DNA of 41,759 nucleotides from Rhodospirillales bacterium (GTDB lineage Bacteria; Pseudomonadota; Gammaproteobacteria; Steroidobacterales; JAHEKG01): NCBI GenBank assembly GCA_024638475.1, contig JAHEKG010000003.1, positions 1 to 41,759 of the forward strand, read 5' to 3'. Shown piece by piece: positions 36,769 to 41,759 of this stretch (position 1 is its first letter; each line of letters starts with the position of its first letter). The notes under the pieces were generated by a model. It saw only the letters and a program-made list of their open reading frames with translations, ran no database searches and was not told where the DNA came from. The position numbers and the translations under genes were made by a program.

Positions 36769-37764
36769 TTAGGCTGCCTCGTAAGCGGCCCTATAGCCGT
36801 CAAGCAGCAGATGATGCTTGTCTGGTTTGCCTAGGCGCGCCCTAAAGCCAGCGGGTTTGATCGCAAGCAAATCACAATCCAAATCGCCGATGACTTGCTC
36901 GGCCGTGGAACCGATCACCCAATCGCGAACGCGGCCGCGCGATATCGCCCCCATGACAATGAGGTCTGCGAAGGTTTCTGCGATCGCCTGCAGGATCGTT
37001 TCCGCGGGCCGGCCATGGCGAAGGAGCATCGTACCTGGATCCAGTTCATGCGCCCTGGCGACTTCGAGAAGCTCTTTTTCTATGGATTCCTGCATGGATT
37101 TTTCGGTTAGATCGATGGGGAGGATCTCGCCTTCTACCGGAAACTCGGCTTCTCCGGCGATGGGTCGGTAGGCATGCAGTATCCGTAGGCTGGCGCCGAA
37201 CGTATGGCTCATTAGCTTGCCGGTTTCGATAATCTCTGCATCCAATGCTGCCGTTGTTTCGTTGCCGTGCATGGGATCGATGGCGGCTAGGACGCTGTTG
37301 TAAGGATTCATGCCGCTAGTCCGCACCAGCAAACACGGAGCGGGGCAGTTGGCCAGTGTTTGCCAATCCGTCTGGCTGAGAATCGACTGCTTGCCGGCGC
37401 TACTCACTCTGCCGAAACTGCCGAACAACACTAAGCCGTAACCCCCATCAGCCACCGTCCTGGCCAGTGACTCGTGGGCCGGGTAATCCCATGCCACACT
37501 GTAGCTGCAATCGATACCTTGCTGCGCGACCCGGTCAGCCAACACCGCCATGTTGTCGAGATGCTTCTCGACCAGAATCGCTATCATCCGTTCGCGATCC
37601 TCCTCGTTCTTGACGGCTTGGCCAGCGAGTTGGCTGTTATAGGCGACCGAGTAAAGATGTACATCGGCGCCGAAATCCTTTGCCAATGAGCAGGTCCGCC
37701 GCAGTACCGGATGCTCCGAACCCGCGGGTTCGTCAATCAGGGCTAGCAGTTTGCGGGGCTTCAT
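36769..37764 (-). CDS. Tandem-domain universal stress protein (UspE-like)
   Basis: Motifs TDWQ.LANCPAPCLLV, VLAAIDP, DLIVMGAISRG...IGSTAEQV...DCDLLAIKP; GGAGGA RBS. Confidence 0.9.
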   Translation of the reverse strand: MKPRKLLALIDEPAGSEHPVLRRTCSLAKDFGADVHLYSVAYNSQLAGQAVKNEEDRERMIAILVEKHLDNMAVLADRVAQQGIDCSYSVAWDYPAHESLARTVADGGYGLVLFGSFGRVSSAGKQSILSQTDWQTLANCPAPCLLVRTSGMNPYNSVLAAIDPMHGNETTAALDAEIIETGKLMSHTFGASLRILHAYRPIAGEAEFPVEGEILPIDLTEKSMQESIEKELLEVARAHELDPGTMLLRHGRPAETILQAIAETFADLIVMGAISRGRVRDWVIGSTAEQVIGDLDCDLLAIKPAGFRARLGKPDKHHLLLDGYRAAYEAA

Positions 37765-37964
37765 GTCCTGTCCTCCGAGTCCCGAGTCGCCTGGACAGGC
37801 TATGCTCGGCCGGCGCCGGCGCCAATCCGCAGAAACCCGTCCTGTTCTCCGTACTATTGCGTATTGGCGTCGTTAGCTGGCGGCTCGATGATAGATTCGT
37901 CGTAGAGTGCATCGTCAGATCTTGGCGTTATTGGGGCCCGTGTGTATCGATTGGAGTTTTCGCT

Positions 37965-38417
37965 ATGAGACAGCCTGTTGTCATGCCGACGGATTTTTCA
38001 GCGCGCTCCGCCGGGGCGCTCGAATGGGCTCGCAAGATGGCCGACGCGTTAGAGGCCCCCTTGCATTGCGTATATGTTGCGCCGGAACCGCGGCTGTACT
38101 CGAGCCTGGACGTAGCCAGTAACCTGACCGTCAGCAAGGAGGAATTGAAACAGCTCGCCGGCAAAGAGATGCAGCAGTTCGCAACCGATTATCGGCTAGG
38201 GGGCACCGAAAAAACGGTCGTGCTCCAAGGAACCCCGTTCGTTGAGATCATTCGCTATGCCCGGGAACAAAATGCGGCGGTGATCGTCATTAGTACCCAC
38301 GGCTACAGCGGACTGAAGCACATGTTGCTGGGCAGCACCACCGAATCGGTGGTTCGCAAAGCCACCTGTCCCGTATTGTCCGTACCTTCGCCCGACGTGT
38401 GGTTCGAGTTACCCTAG
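37965..38417 (+). CDS. Single-domain universal stress protein (UspA family)
   Basis: ATG at 37965 with GGAG; PTDFS, GTPFVEII, IVISTHGYSGLKHMLLGSTTESVVRKATCPVLSV. Confidence 0.92.
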   Translation: MRQPVVMPTDFSARSAGALEWARKMADALEAPLHCVYVAPEPRLYSSLDVASNLTVSKEELKQLAGKEMQQFATDYRLGGTEKTVVLQGTPFVEIIRYAREQNAAVIVISTHGYSGLKHMLLGSTTESVVRKATCPVLSVPSPDVWFELP

Positions 38418-38469
38418 GCTGCCAACCGGCATCGCTCGAATACCTCGTGGCGCAATCTATTTAGCACTC

Positions 38470-38829
38470 TCACACATATAGCCAGGAAAACAGTTTTCGT
38501 AATTCTTGTTCTCCCACGGGTTCGACGTTGGAGGCGATGATCAGCTTTTGCGTTTCATCCGACCAACAGCAATAGACCGGCTTTTCGTTCCTGAGCATGT
38601 CTATATAGTCATGCAAAGAGGAGCGGGGACAGTGCGCGGTCACGACGCCCGAATCGTGCCGCCTAGGCGGTTCGGTTGCTTCTCCGATATCGTGAAACAG
38701 AAGCATCGCCAGCAGTGAGTCATCTTCGTCGTAGAGGTAGAGTACGCCGGATTCTGTACTGCCTTTTTTGCCGGGCTCTTGCAGCAGTTCGTATTGATAA
38801 CGCTTTACCTGTGAGTTGTCAGCACCCAT
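38470..38829 (-). CDS. Hypothetical protein
   Basis: ATG at 38829 with GAGG upstream; 119 aa; includes IDMLRNEKPVY...EPVGE. Confidence 0.65.
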   Translation of the reverse strand: MGADNSQVKRYQYELLQEPGKKGSTESGVLYLYDEDDSLLAMLLFHDIGEATEPPRRHDSGVVTAHCPRSSLHDYIDMLRNEKPVYCCWSDETQKLIIASNVEPVGEQELRKLFSWLYV

Positions 38830-39175
38830 GTCTGCCCTCGCTGTTGGCGTACGTAGGCACGGTATGCAAACCAAGCCCGCTGGCCTATCCGTACTATCCG
38901 AGACGAATCGCTGCTTGAACCTGCGGGGGTGCAGGCGCGGTGGGGGAAAACCATAGGTGATTGCCGAAACGGGGCGAGAATGTAATGCCTCGCTGGAGGT
39001 TTGCGCTCATTCTCGTGCGCGCCGAATCTGAAAGATGTGTAAAAACAATGACCTATGGGAGTTACCAATTGATACAGCCGGGCAGGTGTGGTTGGGTTTA
39101 TCATTTGCCCAACGCAATCGAACGGTGGGCTTGGGTATTAAGTCCAGCCGCCGCAATTAACTCGGGGTACGGATA

Positions 39176-40522
39176 ATGAAAACTCGCTCAAGTGCAATGG
39201 GACGGCCGCACGGATGGCTATTCGGCTTCGCGGTTGTCGCACTGTTCATTGCCGAGGCCGATGCCGGTAGTGCCGGTAGCCGGCAGGTCAGCGCCGAAGG
39301 CCGCCGCGCCATCAGCCCGGAAATCGCCGTTGGCAACGACGGCGCGATCAACGTCATTTGGCTCGATAAAGGCTTGACCGCGAATAGGTCGGCGCCGAAA
39401 AAGCGCAAACCCGGTGAACACAGCCACCGCTCCGCCACCAATCTGTATTTCTCGCGTTCAGAGGATCGAGGCAAGACCTGGTCAGTACCCTCGCGCGTCA
39501 ATCCGACGGATGGCGAGGTGTGGGGGTTCGCCGTCAGCAAACCGCGTATCAACGTCGGACCGACGGGAACCATCCACGTGTTTTACCCCGCCAACGACAA
39601 GTCGCCGAAAACGGGGCTCGACGTGGTGAGCGCGCGGCACACGCGTTCAACCGACGGCGGTAAGAGCTTTTCCACGCCCACCGTTTTGAACCGCCCGGCC
39701 GAGAAGGACCGCAGCGAATTGCTCGGCGAAGGCCTGGCCATGACCAACTCGTTCGGCACCATGGGTGTCGCGCCCGATGGCACGGTCATCGCTGCATGGC
39801 AAGACGTGGCCGATATGGCGGACAGCACCAAGGGCGCGAATGGCGCGGTCGCGATCTCCCGGGATGACGGGATAACTTTCGAATCCGAACGCATCGCCCT
39901 GCCAGGCAATGCCGTCTGCCCCTGCTGCCAGTTCACGATCGCATTCGGCAACGACCTGACCTACATGGGCTATAGAAAGATCTATGCCGACGGGCGCGAC
40001 AGTACCGTTGCACGGTGGTCCGACGCTGGCCGAAAATTCGACGGCGAAGGTCGCCTGGACCTCGCGCCCTGGGACATTAACGGCTGCCCGCTAAAGCCGA
40101 CGGAGCTCGCGATCGATGGGGATAACGTCTACGCGGCAACCTATACGGCGGGCGAGAAGGTTCCCGCGCTGTATTTCAGCCGGTCCGTCGACGGTGGCCG
40201 CACCTTCGCGGGTAAACGCCAGGTACACCCGGGAGCGGCGTACTCCGACGCCCCGGAGCTGACGGTGGACGGCAACGGTGCCATCCGCCTGGTCTGGCAT
40301 GCCAAGGTCGACGGTCCGCGTGGCCTATTCACTGCCGTGTCGGTCGACGGGGGTGAAACCTTGTCCAGCCCGACGCGCATCGGTGCGCCGCCAGGCACGG
40401 CCGCGTTTCCGGCGACCGACGTCGCGCCCGACGGCACCGTCTACGTCGTCTGGCAACAACACAACGAAGAAGTATTCATCGCGGCGCTGCCGGCGCCTTC
40501 GACGGTGACGGCGCGGAGATAA
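39176..40522 (+). CDS. Exported BNR/Asp-box repeat (sialidase-like beta-propeller) protein
   Basis: Signal peptide; Asp boxes SEDRGKTW, STDGGKSF, SRDDGITF, SVDGGRTF, SVDGGETL; Cys motifs VCPCC and INGCP. Confidence 0.85.
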   Translation: MKTRSSAMGRPHGWLFGFAVVALFIAEADAGSAGSRQVSAEGRRAISPEIAVGNDGAINVIWLDKGLTANRSAPKKRKPGEHSHRSATNLYFSRSEDRGKTWSVPSRVNPTDGEVWGFAVSKPRINVGPTGTIHVFYPANDKSPKTGLDVVSARHTRSTDGGKSFSTPTVLNRPAEKDRSELLGEGLAMTNSFGTMGVAPDGTVIAAWQDVADMADSTKGANGAVAISRDDGITFESERIALPGNAVCPCCQFTIAFGNDLTYMGYRKIYADGRDSTVARWSDAGRKFDGEGRLDLAPWDINGCPLKPTELAIDGDNVYAATYTAGEKVPALYFSRSVDGGRTFAGKRQVHPGAAYSDAPELTVDGNGAIRLVWHAKVDGPRGLFTAVSVDGGETLSSPTRIGAPPGTAAFPATDVAPDGTVYVVWQQHNEEVFIAALPAPSTVTARR

Positions 40523-40526
40523 ACGG

Positions 40527-41033
40527 GTGGTGCCCACGGTGAGGAACCGGCTGAATCGGTCGGCGGGGTTGCTGGCGCTGTTATTGCTCGCTGCCCGCGC
40601 GCTGGCGGAGCCTTCCGTGACGTTGATCGAGGCGGGGGAACTCGCGGCCGAGCTCGAGGCGCGTAAGGGCCGGGTGGTCCTCGTCAACTTTTGGGCAACC
40701 TGGTGCCGCCCCTGCCTCGATGAAATACCCGATCTCATGGCTTTGGAAGCCGAACTGGCCGAGCAGGGGTTCGATCTCGTGGCCGTATCCCTGGACGATG
40801 CCTGGGAGCTCGAGGGCACCATTAAGCCGTTCCTGGCCAAATGGTTTCCCGCCTTCTCGACCTACGTTTCCGCCGAGCGTGACATGGACTCGATCGTGAG
40901 CGTCATCGATCCGGCTTGGAACGAAGTGTTGCCGACGAGCTACGTCCTCGCGCGGGATGGGACCATCGCGGTACGAATCCAAGGGGGCAGTTCCGCCGAG
41001 GAATTTGCGGCGGCCATTCGGCCCGTACTCTGA
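40527..41033 (+). CDS. TlpA/ResA-family thiol-disulfide oxidoreductase
   Basis: Signal peptide; VLVNFWATWCRPC, cis-Pro motif LPTS. Exact start uncertain (several GTGs). Confidence 0.92.
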   Translation: MVPTVRNRLNRSAGLLALLLLAARALAEPSVTLIEAGELAAELEARKGRVVLVNFWATWCRPCLDEIPDLMALEAELAEQGFDLVAVSLDDAWELEGTIKPFLAKWFPAFSTYVSAERDMDSIVSVIDPAWNEVLPTSYVLARDGTIAVRIQGGSSAEEFAAAIRPVL

Positions 41034-41759
41034 AAATCGCTCGCGTCATTGGCTGGGGACTGTTCGCCGTCCTCGTCGCCGTTGCCTTGTTACTGTTCGC
41101 CTGGTACCAAATAGACGGCCAGCCGCTGGCGGTGGCCGACGAGTATGTGCAAGGTCCTGGCTTCGAGAGCCGGCGGGACGATAACGGCGATTGGTGGTTC
41201 TTGCCGGCCAAGCCTAACGGTAGTGGCCTCGTGATCTTGCACGGGGCCCTGTTCAAACCCAAGAGCTATACTAACAGCGCGGCCTTTTTTGCCAGCCGCG
41301 GGTTTAAGGTGTCGGTGCCCTCCGGCACGCTGCGGTTGTCCATACTTTCAGCCTCGCGAATCGCCACGCAGCTTTCCTCGATGGCGGAGCAGCGTTGGTA
41401 CCTGATTGGCCATTCCATGGGCGGGTTTACGGCGCTGACCGTCACCACGGAAACCCAAGCCGACATCATCGCGGCGGCGATATGGGCCGGCAGCATGCCT
41501 GAGGATTTCTCCGCCCTGAAGTTGCCGGTGATGTTCGTGGCGGGCACCAATGACGGATTGCTGCCGCCGGAGCGGTATGCCGAGGTAAAGGGGCGCTTGC
41601 CGGAACACACGATTCATGAAGTCATCGATGGGGCGAACCACAAGAATTTTGCGCTTTATTCGCATCAGTTCTTCGACGCGGAGGCGACCCTGCCGCACCT
41701 GCAGCAAATCAGCCGGGCGAATACTTTAACGCTACGTTTTTTCCGGCGGTATCCGGCCG
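41030..41759 (+). CDS. Membrane-anchored alpha/beta hydrolase; 3' end lies outside the window
   Basis: Manual translation: KIARVIGWGLFAVLVAVALLLFAW (TM anchor), ILHGAL, LIGHSMGG, GTNDGLL, GANHKNF. No stop before the window end; probable CTG start overlapping the tlpA stop. Confidence 0.85.
   Translation, partial: MKIARVIGWGLFAVLVAVALLLFAWYQIDGQPLAVADEYVQGPGFESRRDDNGDWWFLPAKPNGSGLVILHGALFKPKSYTNSAAFFASRGFKVSVPSGTLRLSILSASRIATQLSSMAEQRWYLIGHSMGGFTALTVTTETQADIIAAAIWAGSMPEDFSALKLPVMFVAGTNDGLLPPERYAEVKGRLPEHTIHEVIDGANHKNFALYSHQFFDAEATLPHLQQISRANTLTLRFFRRYPA

Noticed and set aside
37765-37964. FNR box between the divergent usp genes
   Set aside because: No TTGAT-N4-ATCAA match was found by eye.
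38940-39020. c-di-GMP-I or cobalamin riboswitch
   Set aside because: Only a superficial GGAAAACC...GAAA resemblance; the conserved cores were not found by eye.

Overview
GC-rich bacterial chromosomal window, probably gammaproteobacterial (inferred from gene content only). It contains no rRNA, tRNA, CRISPR array or recognisable mobile element. There are four blocks. (1) 1-9.0 kb: a minus-strand glycogen operon malQ-glgC-glgA-glgB-glgP; glgP runs off the left edge and is absent from the ORF track. (2) About 10.5-31.5 kb: an accessory cluster dominated by exported proteins. It has three signal-peptide-bearing CpcT/CpeT (bilin-lyase-like) proteins, one fused to DUF1330, and two DUF1838-like proteins, one fused to an NTF2/SnoaL domain. 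It also has two Tat flavin amine oxidases, a Tat flavocytochrome-c-type flavoprotein, a Tat amidase, a tandem cupin, a SAM methyltransferase with a small partner gene, an acetoacetate-decarboxylase-like protein next to a methylesterase, an MFS transporter, a truncated haloalkane dehalogenase carrying an 18-bp tandem expansion, and a TetR regulator. No phycobiliprotein or photosynthesis gene is in the window. This block is the best candidate for an undescribed system; my hypothesis is periplasmic capture and catabolism of linear tetrapyrroles (bilins or chlorophyll catabolites). (3) 31.5-38.9 kb: sat-cysC, Lrp/ornithine cyclodeaminase/arginase, two universal stress proteins and hypotheticals. 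(4) 39.2 kb to the end: a BNR-repeat protein, a TlpA redoxin and an alpha/beta hydrolase. All family calls are by motif recognition from memory; no HMM or BLAST search was run.
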